DNA of 62,674 nt, filler included, from 16 parts of 16 records of this genome joined end to end with filler, not necessarily neighbours in it, one strand, 5' to 3'. Shown: positions 20,045 to 32,644, numbered from the whole stretch's first letter. The notes: generated from the sequence alone by a model not told the origin. A program made the numbers and translations.

Positions 20045-22357
20045 TTAGACAAACTCTATTTCTTTTTCCCGCAATTTAGTAGCTGCTTTCACCAAGTTTT
20101 CTAAAGCCGTTCTCGTTTCTGGCCAGGCTCTTGTTTTTAAACCACAATCAGGATTTACCCATAAATGTTCTTTAGGAAGTACCTTTTTAGCCTTTATTAG
20201 TAAATGTTCTATTTCATCTACAGAGGGTATTCTAGGGGAATGAATATCATAGACACCAGGACCAATCTCATTTGGATATTTGAAATCTACAAAAGCGTCT
20301 AACAATTCCATTTCAGATCTTGAAGTTTCAATGGTAATGACATCGGCATCCATATCGGCAATGTTTGCAATAATATCATTGAACTCTGAATAGCACATAT
20401 GTGTGTGAATTTGAGTTTCATCTTTTACACCACTTGCAGAAATTCGAAATGCTTTTACGGCCCAATTTAAATAAGTGTTCCATTCTTTTTTTCTCAAGGG
20501 CAATCCCTCTCGTATAGCAGGCTCATCAATTTGAATAATTTTCAATCCATTTTTTTCAAGATCTATAACTTCCTCTCTAATAGCCAATGCAATTTGATGA
20601 CAAGTAACGGCTCTCGGTTGATCGTTTCGTACAAAAGACCATTGTAAAATGGTAACGGGACCTGTAAGCATGCCTTTCACAGGAACCTTTGTTAAAGATT
20701 GTGCATAAGTAGACCATTTTACAGTCATAGGGTTTTCACGAGATACATCTCCAAATAAAATAGGAGGTTTTACACATCTACTACCATAACTTTGTACCCA
20801 TCCAAAACTACTAAAAGCAAAACCGTTTAACTGTTCACCAAAATATTCTACCATATCATTGCGTTCAAACTCTCCATGTACCAACACATCGATTCCTACC
20901 TCTTCTTGAAATCGAATGGAGGCTTCCGTTTCTTTTTGAATTAGAGAATCGTATTCTTTTTGTGAGAGGATTCCTTTTTTAAATTTGGATCTCCAACTTC
21001 TTACTTCTTTGGTTTGAGGAAAGGATCCAATAGTTGTGGTTGGAAATAAAGGTAAGTGGAGTGCCTCTTTTTGTTTGACTTGTCTTATGGGAAACGGATG
21101 GGCTCTTCTACTGTCAGCATCTTTTAGATGGGCAACACTTTCTTTTACACTTTGGTTGTGAATTAACGTTGAAGTTCTTCTGTTTTGATTTGCTTTTTTA
21201 TTTTCTTCAAAATGGATCAAAGACTCTGTGCTTTTAGAAAAGGAAAGCTCTTTTAAAGTTGTAATTTCTTGTAATTTTTGTTTGGCAAACGCAAGCCATT
21301 GTTTAACCTCTGGTGGTAGATTTTTCTCGTTTGTTTCTAAATCTAAGTCATACGGACTGTGCAATAAAGAGCAAGAAGAGGCAATCCATATATTTTCTGA
21401 ACCTACTTTTTCTACTGCTTTTTGAATGTTGGCCAAAGAAACTTCAAAATCGTTTTTCCAAATGTTTCTTCCATCTACAAGACCCAAAGATAATTTTGTT
21501 TTAGGATGGTAGAATTTAGACTCCAAAATATCCTTTAATTGTGAGGGACATCTTACCAAATCTAAGTGCAAAGTATCTACAGGAAGCTGTAAAGCAACGG
21601 AAAGGTTCTCTCCATAACAGTCAAAGTAATTGGCAAAAAAGATTTTTAAATTAGGGAAATGGGTATTGATTTTTTCATAAGTAGTTTGGATTGCTTGTTT
21701 TTCAAATTCAGACAATTCTAAAGCCATACAAGGTTCATCAAACTGAACATACTCAACATCTAGATCCGTCAACTGTGTGAGAATTTCAAAATAAACAGGC
21801 AACAATTTATCTAACAAATCTAACCTGTGGAATCCTGTTTCCTTCTCTTTTCCAAGTAATAAAAAAGTAACGGGTCCTATGAATACAGGTTTTGTTTTGA
21901 TTCCTAAATCTAAAGCTTCTTTATATTCGTCAATGATTTTGGTCGAAAAGAATTCAAAATTTTGTTCTTTTTCAAATTCAGGCACAATGTAGTGATAATT
22001 GGTATCAAACCATTTCGTCATTTCCATAGCTGTACTATCCAACCCCTCTTTTTGAATTCCTCTAGCCATGGCAAAGTACAAGTCTAAAGAATTGCTTTTA
22101 TTCAATTTTTGGAATCTTTTAGGAATACAACCAAATGTAAGACAGGCATCCAAAATTTGATCGTAGAATGAAAAATCGTTGGAAGGAATGATATCAATTC
22201 CTATTTCTTGTTGTAGCATCCAATTCTGTTTTCTTATTTTAGAACCTACTTCTAAAAGGGCTTCTTTTTCTATCTTTCCAGACCAAAAAGCTTCACAAGC
22301 TTTTTTCAATTCTCGTTGATTTCCAATTCTTGGATAACCTAAAATGGTTGTTTTCAT
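20045..22357 (-). CDS. metE: Cobalamin-independent methionine synthase
   Basis: MKTTILGYPRIG, EMTKWFDTNYHYIVPE, PTTTIGSFPQT, HTHMCYS, WVNPDCGLKTR; start moved to the ATG at 22357. Confidence 0.98.
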   Translation of the reverse strand: MKTTILGYPRIGNQRELKKACEAFWSGKIEKEALLEVGSKIRKQNWMLQQEIGIDIIPSNDFSFYDQILDACLTFGCIPKRFQKLNKSNSLDLYFAMARGIQKEGLDSTAMEMTKWFDTNYHYIVPEFEKEQNFEFFSTKIIDEYKEALDLGIKTKPVFIGPVTFLLLGKEKETGFHRLDLLDKLLPVYFEILTQLTDLDVEYVQFDEPCMALELSEFEKQAIQTTYEKINTHFPNLKIFFANYFDCYGENLSVALQLPVDTLHLDLVRCPSQLKDILESKFYHPKTKLSLGLVDGRNIWKNDFEVSLANIQKAVEKVGSENIWIASSCSLLHSPYDLDLETNEKNLPPEVKQWLAFAKQKLQEITTLKELSFSKSTESLIHFEENKKANQNRRTSTLIHNQSVKESVAHLKDADSRRAHPFPIRQVKQKEALHLPLFPTTTIGSFPQTKEVRSWRSKFKKGILSQKEYDSLIQKETEASIRFQEEVGIDVLVHGEFERNDMVEYFGEQLNGFAFSSFGWVQSYGSRCVKPPILFGDVSRENPMTVKWSTYAQSLTKVPVKGMLTGPVTILQWSFVRNDQPRAVTCHQIALAIREEVIDLEKNGLKIIQIDEPAIREGLPLRKKEWNTYLNWAVKAFRISASGVKDETQIHTHMCYSEFNDIIANIADMDADVITIETSRSEMELLDAFVDFKYPNEIGPGVYDIHSPRIPSVDEIEHLLIKAKKVLPKEHLWVNPDCGLKTRAWPETRTALENLVKAATKLREKEIEFV

Positions 22358-22385
22358 GAGTATGTTTTTATGATGAATAACTGTA

Positions 22386-22393
22386 CAAAGATA
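22386..22393 (-). promoter_or_regulatory. Bacteroidota -7 promoter element for metE
   Basis: TATCTTTG on the minus strand, 28 bp upstream of ATG 22357. Confidence 0.6.
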
Positions 22394-22492
22394 CAAACAA
22401 AGAATATTAATTGTGTCTTTAGCGATCTTTTTGGAAATATTTTCTATTTTTGATATTTTTAAAGAAAATATAACTAATTAAAGAGAAAAAAT

Positions 22493-22978
22493 ATGAAGCC
22501 AACAGAAAATAGTTCTAACATCCCATTGGATGCGATTGATCTTAAAATCTTAAAATTGTTACAAAACAAGTCGAATTTGACGACAAAAGAATTGGCTTCC
22601 AAAGTAAATTTATCGATAACTCCTGTTTTTGAACGTGTAAAGAAATTAGAAAAAGAAGGTTATATTAAGAAATATATAGCCATTTTAGATGCAGAAAAAC
22701 TAAACAAAGGATTACTTGTTTTTTGTAATATTACTTTAAAAGAACATACACGTGAAATAGGCAATCAATTTGTCAAAGAGATTCTTTCCCTGGAAGAAGT
22801 AACGGAATGTTATAATATTTCGGGAGATTATGATTTTTTACTAAAGGTTTTGGTCAAAGACATGAAACAATACCAGAATTTTGTCCTCAATCATTTAGGA
22901 AGTTTACAAAATATCGGAAGTGCTCATAGTACGTTTGTCATGGGAGAAATTAAGAACTCCTATTCAGTGCCTATTTGA
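22493..22978 (+). CDS. Lrp/AsnC family transcriptional regulator, divergent from metE
   Basis: LDAIDLKILKLLQ...ERVKKLEKEGYI HTH; ECYNISGDYDFLLKV RAM domain. Confidence 0.95.
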   Translation: MKPTENSSNIPLDAIDLKILKLLQNKSNLTTKELASKVNLSITPVFERVKKLEKEGYIKKYIAILDAEKLNKGLLVFCNITLKEHTREIGNQFVKEILSLEEVTECYNISGDYDFLLKVLVKDMKQYQNFVLNHLGSLQNIGSAHSTFVMGEIKNSYSVPI

Positions 22979-22984
22979 TTTTTT

Positions 22985-23032
22985 GTCCTTAGAAATCTGA
23001 AATTTTTCGAGTTTCTAACCAGACGGAGTATA
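22985..23032. repeat. MITE-like element with degenerate left arm
   Basis: TTAGAAA...TTTCTAACCAGACGGAGTATA. Confidence 0.75.
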
Positions 23033-23387
23033 TAAGCTATTGCGTATTTGTCTTGCAGATGGTGAAACAGTGATGCNNNNNNNNNNNNNNNNNNNNNNNN
23101 NNNNNNNNNNNNNNNNNNNNTTAATTAATTAANNNNNNNNNNNNNNNNNNNNNNNNNNNNNNNNNNNNNNNNNNNNACACACCACATAAAGGTTTCGTAA
23201 AGTTTTGCTTGGTACACACATTTACTCTTCGTTTTTACGAAAATAATGAATGCCACCATAGATACATCACTGATACAACTAAAAGCTTAAGAAATTTTCA
23301 TTTTGTTTTTAAGTAAAACGAATACACGACAGCAAACAATATCTTGTTGAGAACATCTTATGAACAATGACAAGAGATATAACTTAC

Positions 23388-26300
23388 CCATAATACGATA
23401 AGTGTGATGATAGATGTCCGATATTAGCTGCCAGGTGAGTTGTACGATAAAGGGCTACATCTTGAGAAACAGAGGAGAGAAAAAATATGTGAATTTCCTT
23501 TCGACTGTGAACTATCCCACGAGAATTAAATCGCCGATAAATGCCTAAAGGCTTTTTGTTGTAGCGCATGACTTTTTTCAAAACTGTGATACCATGCTTT
23601 CCATCTAATAGACTGAGTAGATCAAACTCGTCTTCTTCCGACGCGCGCAAAATTCCTAAAGAAAACCAAATAAGAATTTCGGTCCATCACTATGCCATAA
23701 ATGTACCAGAATCACATGTATTGAAGAAGAAAAGGGGGGAAAAAAAGAAATAAACAATTTTTTGCTATTCGTTAGTTAGTGGGAGGTGTACGTAGGCGTA
23801 TGTATGTTCCCGTAGGTTTGTAAGCGAATAGTAACATCATTCCATCTATCAAGGTCGTATTCACGAGGTAGTGAGATATTGAATGCTGATGTTTTTGAGT
23901 TATAAGTTTCCTGACAGTCTTGTGTCAAACCGAATTAAAACATAATGCAATCCAAAAAATAATTCTGCACGCGAACTATATCTAAGTGATTGTTATTACC
24001 GAGTGGCGATATCACTTTATCTTTATAAGTCCAAAGTTCCTTCATCTTTTTCTTATAAGAAGCGTCTGTTTTCATTCTTTTCGTATTCTTCAGATTCTCC
24101 CACCGCGATTTGTTCCTATTATGGCAACCAATTACTGTATGACTAATTGTGTCAACCACTTTCGTGAGGTGTGTTTTTCGCAAGTTTTTGTGCATGGAGC
24201 CGACATAATCATAGGCGAAGTAGTGATTGAAAACGGACTCGTCGTCCTTAACACCGTTGTTATTCACAGTTGGTGCAAGTCCACGCGTTCCATCTCCACC
24301 AGGAGAACCCGAGTTCGATTTAGCATCCATGTCAATATTCGGTTCAGGAAAATCTGCGTTCGTCCTTTCACTCAGGTCTCTCTGTGCATCGTACTCATCT
24401 ACAATGTCAACATAACAACAACTTAAAATCAAACGTGGCACAAATATGCTCGAAAAAAACACACAAAAAATGGAACAATAGCAACTACCATCTCAAGAAT
24501 GTTGTATAAATTAAAAACATATAAGATTTCAAAATCCCAAAAAACCTACGAAAACATTAGTTTCCCTTTCTCAAAACATTTATTTCAGAAACCATCTTTT
24601 CAAACTTGAAAATAAATCCAAAATATATCAGACTAACAACAAGCAATAAAAGTCAACAAATCTTATTTTCCTTTTTTAGAGCTCGTATTCTTAAAAAAAA
24701 ATATAACTTGTGAAAATACAACTGTGTGTGGCGAAAAAAAGATTATTACGCTTCCCCCAAGAAAAACCTCAGACAAACATACCATACGCAGAAAGTTGAG
24801 AGTCATCAGCCGACAGAACGTCAATATCACCGTAACATTTTGTAAGTCGAAAAGAACCAAAATTATTGAAACATGTAGCAGTCGATCGTTTTCGATCTAT
24901 TGTATTTGTATCCTGCCTCATTAAGTCACCACGGGGAGGATCAAAACAACAGTATACGATCTGAACACAAAGATAACAAGGTGTTAGTTTTCCTCTTTGA
25001 ACAACATACATATTTCAAGTAAAACACAACCAAGCAACACAGGCGTCTGAATTATGTTTGTTCTGTCGTGATTTTTGCCAGTAACATATAACAGTAAAGA
25101 TGCAGAGTCATTAAGGAAACACAAACAAAAATTGCTGTCGATACACGTTCGTTTGGCATGAAAGCAAATTACCAAGACTTACCAAGTCCTCCTTTTCATA
25201 AATAAACAGGCAAGCACTTGCAAACACAAACAAACAACATACCGGATGATCCCTTAGTGGTTTCTCGACGTCATCGCGATCTTTGTCGAACTTCTCAGTA
25301 AAAAATTGTTCAAATCTTTTCGCTCCATTTCTCTGTTTCTGGAACCTATCCATATTCTCGACACTGTAGTGAATACGAGTGAAATTCAAAATTTGGTCAA
25401 GAACATCATCAGTGATTCCGGCTGATTTAAATTTTGCTTTCAGTGCAAAATGAGGTAGTTGCTGAAAACAGTAAAAAACACAATTTAAATGATATGAGGT
25501 TCTAAAACGTGTTACAACTTTGTGTGTTCACCCATGCGTCAGGGAATCATAACTTCGAATTTTGTAAGTCACCAATTAATGTACCACATATGAAGAAGCG
25601 GAACTGAGACGACTGAATCAACAAGGTGATCCGTTACCATTTTAATGAAAATATGGTATTCACGAGTACATAAAAGTGTAAACGAAATTTTTAACGAAAC
25701 AAAACTGAACCGAGTAAAATGAGTCTTTGTTTGTATGTTTTGTGGTCGTAGTGAGAGCACTTACTTTTATCGGGATGTTTTTGTTCATACTGGATAAGGA
25801 ACTCTTTTTCTGTTCAGCAAGTTGATGTGCAATTTCCCAATTCCGTTTTTCTTGCCAAAGAACAGCTTCGTCTCGACAACGAGGAACGCAAAACTGCGCC
25901 CCTGAATCAATATATAAATCAATCTCAGCATTAGAAAATGTCCTTAAAAAATTTCTGAACGTCAAACGCGCTGTGTTAACTTTCCCATAACCGTTGGATT
26001 GTGAGAGTGGAACACGCGAATAGTATAAATTTTGCTGGTTACATCGTGTGTGATGACTTTTCAGACCACCAAAAGATCCATTGGGAGTGTTTGACATGTC
26101 ATATATCAGCAATTTATAAAAATTCAGAGTTTGGTCAGCAGAGAGACGAATGATTTTACCTTGCTTATCTTTCTTGTTGCAAGAACGAAAATCATTGATT
26201 ATCTAAAAAAACAACGACAAATTTTGTGAACGAAGTCACATCACGATAAAACCTCTTCTTTGAAAAATCCGACAAACGATTACCCATCCCATGTTGTTTG

Positions 26301-28606
26301 TGAAATCTTGCCTGATTTGGAAAGGGTTCTGGGTTTACAATGTTTATGTAAAAAACCAATAAATAAAAACCGTTGAAACAACTTTATAATCTTGGTGAAA
26401 AAAGATGAAAATATCAAAGGGCAACTGAAAAGTATTTTAGGTTCGACATATGTTTGTCAAAGACATTCGGGCGAAACACAAACTAATCCTACAACATAAA
26501 CGCTTAAGACAAATATACCTTTTTGATCATCACTGTGTAGTCCAAAATGAATTTTCGCGTATACAAATAGCCCTCTATATCCGAGAATCCAATTCGCGGT
26601 TCTTTACTCGACGTGAGCTTACCAACAGCAAAGCGACTCTAAAAAAACAAAGAAACAAAAAAATTAACGAGTGCCACCAAACGAGCAAAATTACCAGGAA
26701 AATGAATTACAAATAAATCTCCAGTGCAGACTTCTCCATTTTACTAGGCAGTTAAAATTATTGCAATCGATGATGTGTCACCTTTAAAAAACCTGTAGTT
26801 TTGCGTCATCATTCACATGAATACGTTTGCCCAAATAGCTATTAAAAATACATTCACAATGAAGTATTTTTGGAATTTATAAAAGCAACGGTTCTCTTTG
26901 TAATCTCTGTGAGTGAGTTCCACAGGTTCGGGGTTTGTCATGCAAATACTACAAACCTCACTAATACAACCACCTATTTTTATTTTGTGTACTTACTATC
27001 AATAAACGTTTCAGGTAGAAGGGAACATCACCATCGTCAAAACCATCTTCCATGTCTGTGTTTTGCCAACAAGGGTTCAGGTGTTGTGAACGAAACTTAT
27101 CCTCAGTATTAACCTCCTCCGGTGTCAAACAAACATACAAGATCGCAATGTCTTTCAAAACCGCGGGAGTACGATGTAACAAAGCTTTTTCTAATAACGT
27201 TTTCGACCATTCATGGACAAAACCAAAATAAACATCTTTTGCGAAATTAGCAGTTTGAGGATCAATATCGATATTAAACACTTCCTTCATATGCTTCCTT
27301 ATTGTGTGAGTATCAACATTGGGATAAGGAGTTGAAAGACTTGCAGCTGAAAGTTGCCCGAAAAGTGAAACAACTGTGGAATCAACAGCCAATCGATGAG
27401 TGTTCATTGAGTTGAGATCTAAAAAAAATAAAAATAAAAATTATAACTGCACGTTCGAAAGATCAGTTACATTCGAGATATTAAGGTGAAAATACTATTG
27501 CATATTAGTTTGTCGTGACTCGCATAGACCTGAACTTTCAGTTGAAAACCAATTTGCTTCGAAATTAACTTTAGCGGAGGTGCTTTGCTTTCTCACAGAG
27601 CGAAAAGAAAACTAAAAACACACACTAGAGATACAAAAATTTCTTGTCGCAAAAAAACAATTTAGCTATTTATATTTATTTGTCAAATGAATATCGTCGT
27701 TATTAAGGATTTCCGAGTTCAGATGGTAATAATGACGCGGTATGAGATCTGCATTAGGAACAGAATTTTGTACGTCTTCGGAAAATAAAACAATAAACAT
27801 ACCCTAATATTACTTACATAACAAATAACTCTTTGCAGTTTCAGCGTTACAATTTTTCCACTTGTGAACATCAACAACAATTATTGTTTCGGACTTCTGC
27901 CAATCAAAACTCCCATCACGCCACCATGATTCTTCACTTTTCCAGTTATGTTTTAAATGGGAGGGAAACAAATCACGCATTTTCTTGTCAAATTCAGGCT
28001 TCGATATATCCGGAGTGTTTTTAAAATATACATCGAATCCGTCTTTAGCAAGCTGCGGAAGTAAACGTCGATGATGACAGTCGATCGCAACATACTGACG
28101 GTTGTTGTCCTTATCGGTGTACTTGAAAACAATGCCACGTAGCATGTCGTTTTTTAGTTCGGGTTGATAACCAACATCCTAAAAAATGAATAAAAACCAC
28201 GATCACAGCCCTGTAATTGAAGTCATGATTTCTTCACCTGTCGCGAAAACATTTTCCTGCTAAAATTAGTAGCACAAATGTTTCCACGACCAACGAAATC
28301 AAGCAAGAAACCCAGCAGGAGAGAAACTACAATAAATCTTGTTTGAGAAGACATTGAGAATCATATTAAAGTATTCTGCAGTACTCGGCAGAAACAAAAT
28401 ACACAACAACCAAAATTAAATATCTTACCATCAGGTACCAAAAAGACTTGTGTCTATTCAACCATTCGTCCTGCGGTGGTCGACATTGCATCGATCGTAA
28501 TTTCGCAAGTTGTAATTCATTGAGGTCGGGTATATGAGCGACATCTTGGACAGATTGAATATCACTCCATTTCACAAGCTCTCTCTTTGCACCCAAATCA
28601 TCAAAC
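23388..28606 (-). CDS. Eukaryotic spliced gene, at least 9 exons (~860 codons), with ParB-like N-terminal and DNA-MTase-like C-terminal motifs
   Basis: Exons 28606-28429, 28178-27818, 27418-26997, 26638-26519, 26202-25765, 25461-25243, 24960-24783, 24398-24000, 23655-23388 have AG/GT boundaries and join in one open frame; gene structure is well supported, product call is tentative. Confidence 0.6.
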
Positions 28607-28991
28607 CTAAAAGATGCAACAGCACAAAAAAAGCATTATTCGCTTGACAATTGCAATAAACCAGGAAATCGTGAAAAATGTTATATAAATGCAAAACATA
28701 TAAGATGACACATATTTTGTGCAACTGAGAATAATACCTTTCCCGACGAAGAAAAATGCCGTGGACAATAAAAAAGAAATACAATTAATTGATGCCAACT
28801 GTAATAGTAACATCAAAATGTTAGGAACAAAATTATCCAAAATAGAGGCGGTGAATCCTTGTTTTCTCTCCCTCCACAAAAATATTCATTTTTCAGTTTA
28901 ATTTTAAGATTTTGATTTGGTTTCAACAAAAACTACAAATATAAAAAACAAAAACAAATTCTTTTCACAAACAGAAAACACAAACTAATAC

Positions 28992-29513
28992 CTACAGCCA
29001 TCTTCTAACACGATCATGCCACTCCTTCTTGCTTGAGTTGGACTTAATCTGTTTTTCATCTATTTTAAAGACTTGAGAAACATTCATTTCAGTATCGGAA
29101 CCATCAAGAGCAGAGTCATCACGTACCGTGTCATCACGTGCAGTGTCAAGATGATCAACAGTTTCCAGTTCAAAAACGCTGTTCAGTTTTGCATTCACAT
29201 GACCATATGCCATTTTCTTAAACATTCTATCTCCTAAGTTAGATTTCGCCATGTTGTCGCGATATAAAATTGATTCCTTTCCCTCCACTATTTCAGCGTC
29301 AAACACACCTCTTGCCTTCTGAAAACATAATGCATTTACAACACCTTCAACAAGTTTCGTGTATGTTGGATTAAATGCAAATGCCATGGAATGGTGACAA
29401 AATATATGATCCACACATTTCGTATCCACAAATTCTGGTGTGTAATCAAGAGGATTAACAGAATTCATATCTGCTTTCAACACGGTAACAGTTGGAAGCA
29501 CGGCGAGTGGCAA
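28992..29513 (-). CDS. Eukaryotic ORF or exon, unknown function, possibly an upstream part of the spliced gene
   Basis: 173-aa ORF followed by a GTATT donor; joining it to the next exon needs a different frame. Confidence 0.35.
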   Translation of the reverse strand: MPLAVLPTVTVLKADMNSVNPLDYTPEFVDTKCVDHIFCHHSMAFAFNPTYTKLVEGVVNALCFQKARGVFDAEIVEGKESILYRDNMAKSNLGDRMFKKMAYGHVNAKLNSVFELETVDHLDTARDDTVRDDSALDGSDTEMNVSQVFKIDEKQIKSNSSKKEWHDRVRRWL

Positions 29514-29744
29514 CGAAATTTGATCGCGTTGACAGTGGAATAGAGCATCAGTGCGAGCTAAAGAGAGTATAAAACAAAAAAATTAACCAAGACATATCAT
29601 CGATTTTAATTGGCTGGGTGTTGGTTAATGTGGGTGTTGGTTAANNNNNNNNNNNNNNNNNNNNNNNNNNNNNNNNNNNNNNNNNNNNTTAATTAATTAA
29701 NNNNNNNNNNNNNNNNNNNNNNNNNNNNNNNNNNNNNNNNNNNN

Positions 29745-31515
29745 GTTATCGATATCAGTGACAATGTCTTGAGTTTTCTCAATAATTTCTCTAAAACCTC
29801 CCACTGAAGGAGGACAACTTTTCAGAGAATCCAAATTTGAGCCAATCTCTTCGATTTTTTCAATCAATTCTTCCACCTATAACGAAACGAAAGAATAAGC
29901 ACACCAAATTCAAACTTTAGAAAGATATAAGTGAGTAACATAGATAACAAGAAGCCACAAAAAATGAATTGATGAGAAAGAGTGTGGTGACGGTAGTGGA
30001 GTGGCGAATGGTGGGGTGGGTTCGAACGAAGTTATTAAAACGCCGTTTACATAATTATGCACATGGCGTAGCATGTTATAAGATTTATTTTTTTTAATGG
30101 TGGTGTTTTTGCAAAAAAATGAATCGTATTTTTCAAAACATGAATGTTTTATCCAATAAATACTTTTTTGGGCATTATTAAGATTGCTGGTTGTTGTAAA
30201 AATAAGTTTGAAAACATATTTTGACACTTTTCATTCGCTTCGTAAAACCAAGTTGGGCATAAATTTAATATTCACAAAAGAAAAGAAAAAAGGGAAAGTT
30301 CTGTATCGTTCCATTTACAAGAACTGAGCAAAATATTGTTTAATTGATTTTTACTTAGAAATGATGTATTCGAATTGTGCCTTTTTACTACCATGCATGA
30401 TACAGTAGTTTACGGACATACCTTATCCTCAAAATCGGTGGTCGCTTTTGCAAATTCGCCAACATATTCTTTCATCCTTCGTTCATTGAAATGCCAACGT
30501 GTATTACTTCCTCTCATAATACATTCTTGAACAAGTTTCTTGTAGTTTGCAGTCAAAAGTTCAAGGTCTTCATTATCTGTTAATCTTCCACACGTACGCG
30601 CATAAATTTTAACTGCTTCTTGAAGCCTCACAGCGGATGGATATTTCGCGCGAGCCTCTGACGCAGCAATCTAAATAATGTATTAAAAAAAAGAATGAAA
30701 ATGAGGGTGTTCCAGTACGCTTCGAGTGGTGGGTGTTATATAATATTTTTTCTTCCTTTCAACAAAAATGTTTGATACAACAAAATATTCAGGGGGTTTT
30801 CAACACACACAAAAAATATCCAGTCAGCTGATATGAAAATGAGGGATACTATTGCGTAATGTTCTTGAAGGGGGTGGTTGTAGAAAACATTCAAATTCTC
30901 AGAATTTCCTTTTTTCGAAAGGTATATATTAATTTTAGAAGGGTGTAGGGCTTCAAAAACATATCAAAGTGCCTTGAAATAATGTTAAAAAAAGCAATTT
31001 TAGAAAATGTAACGAGCTTTACAACCAAACGAAAGATTTTCTGCAAAAAAACTGAATTTAAGCATTTCAAGGCAGTACGTAAATCAAAGAGCGAAAAAAA
31101 TGTATGCCATCCAAACTTAATTTGGCCAATGCGCATATTTTCTACACTTTCAGGCGTGTGGAAATGAATCTTTTTTGAAGAGTTTTTATAGAAATAGACG
31201 CTGGTGGTATTAAAACAAATATCTAGTCTATTACGTAGATACAAAACAAGTTCTACAAAAATACTAAGAAGTTTCGATCGCAAGAGCACACCATACCTTA
31301 ATCTCATATGGTATTCTGAGTCCAAGGTGCGTAAGATTTCTGACTTCTTTGAAAAGAGTGATTATATCTTGATCGAAATTGACAATTAATCGCGGTGGTT
31401 GATTTTGAGATGAATGAACGGTGAATACTGTGCCATCGATGTCAAAATCTTTCATTTGACCAACTTCTTGAAGCCAATCGGTAAATATTACACCTGGCTG
31501 GAGACGTGTTTTAAA
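29745..31515 (-). CDS. Cytoplasmic dynein heavy chain, three internal exons (tail region)
   Basis: Phase-0 exons 31515-31297, 30670-30422, 29876-29745 give ...LIVNFDQDIITLFKEVRNLTHLGLRIPYEIK|IAASEARAKYPSAVRLQEAVKIYARTC...FEDK|VEELI..., collinear with the dynein-1 heavy chain tail. Confidence 0.88.
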
Positions 31516-32021
31516 CTAAAAACAACAAGAAAGAAAAAGAAAGAAAAATAATTAAATCATGCTTCAATCTAAAAGATGTTTCGAATTTTTGAGATTTTGT
31601 CCTCCAAAATTGGCAATTTGTACCAATTTCTATTGTGTAAAAACAGAAAAACATCAGCACGAACAAAAACCTGGCACAACAATTCATTACTTGTAGGTAA
31701 TAAATCTTTTAAGAGTTACTCTAAATAAAATCTCGAGAGCGGATTAGCAACAAAATAAATTTAGAAACTTGCTTTTTTATTGAAATGGTCCTCATAAAAA
31801 TGGCCTGAACATGAAATTGTGAAATAAGGGGTGTGTGTGTGTGTGTGGTGGGTGGTGNNNNNNNNNNNNNNNNNNNNNNNNNNNNNNNNNNNNNNNNNNN
31901 NTTAATTAATTAANNNNNNNNNNNNNNNNNNNNNNNNNNNNNNNNNNNNNNNNNNNNCACTTTTCATTTTTGCTTAGCCTACTGCCTCCAGCCTTTTGTC
32001 TTGCAGTCTATTCTTTACTAT

Positions 32022-32064
32022 CTTTTGACTTTCGACTTTCGACTTTTGTCTTTCAGACTTTCAA
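32022..32064. repeat. Heptamer tandem repeat CTTT(C/T)GA
   Basis: About 6 degenerate units; reverse complement at 46859-46888 and 54731-54754. Confidence 0.75.
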
Positions 32065-32095
32065 CTCATTTATCTTATTGTCTTGAAAAAGGTAC

Positions 32096-32596
32096 TTATT
32101 CAATTCCTAAATTTGTTTTTACAGCAGGTAACAAATCTTCTCCTTCAGATACAATCAATGCTTTGGAATCCAACACGTATAAGATTCCTTTTGTTTTTGC
32201 GACTGCTTTAACCGCTTCTTGTGCTTTTTTGATGATCGGATCTAATGCTGTTTTTTCTTTTTGTTGCAGTTCTTGTTGTGCAGCTTGTTGTAATTGCTGA
32301 ATTTTAGATTGGTCTACTTGTACTTCTTTAATTCTTACTTCGTTTTGTGCCGCCGTTTGAGAAATTTCTTCCGCAGTGTATTTGTCAATTTTCTCTTTTA
32401 AGGCTTTTTGAGCAGTTGTAATCTCTTCTCCATATGTTTTTCCTAGTTTTTCTAAGTCTGCTTGTAATTTCTTAGTTTCAGGCATGCTAGAGACCACTTC
32501 TTCAAAATTTATATGCGCTATTTTTTGAGCTTGTGCAAAACTGATCATTCCTAATATTACAACTACGGCGACTCTTAAAGTTTTAAAATTTTTCAT
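32096..32596 (-). CDS. skp: OmpH/Skp periplasmic chaperone
   Basis: Signal peptide, AQKIAHIN, coiled coil, YVLD...DL; second copy in bamA-skp-skp. Confidence 0.92.
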   Translation of the reverse strand: MKNFKTLRVAVVVILGMISFAQAQKIAHINFEEVVSSMPETKKLQADLEKLGKTYGEEITTAQKALKEKIDKYTAEEISQTAAQNEVRIKEVQVDQSKIQQLQQAAQQELQQKEKTALDPIIKKAQEAVKAVAKTKGILYVLDSKALIVSEGEDLLPAVKTNLGIE

Positions 32597-32644
32597 TTCT
32601 TGATTTTTAAATTAATGTATTTTTTTTGCTTTTCTTTAACTCTC

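Noticed and set aside
22358-22396. Longer metE N-terminus from the ORF track
   Set aside because: Overlaps the -7 promoter element; the conserved start is MKTTILGYPRIG
31829-31857. Telomeric repeat at contig end
   Set aside because: Irregular GT microsatellite; similar tracts occur inside introns (e.g. 57420-57460)
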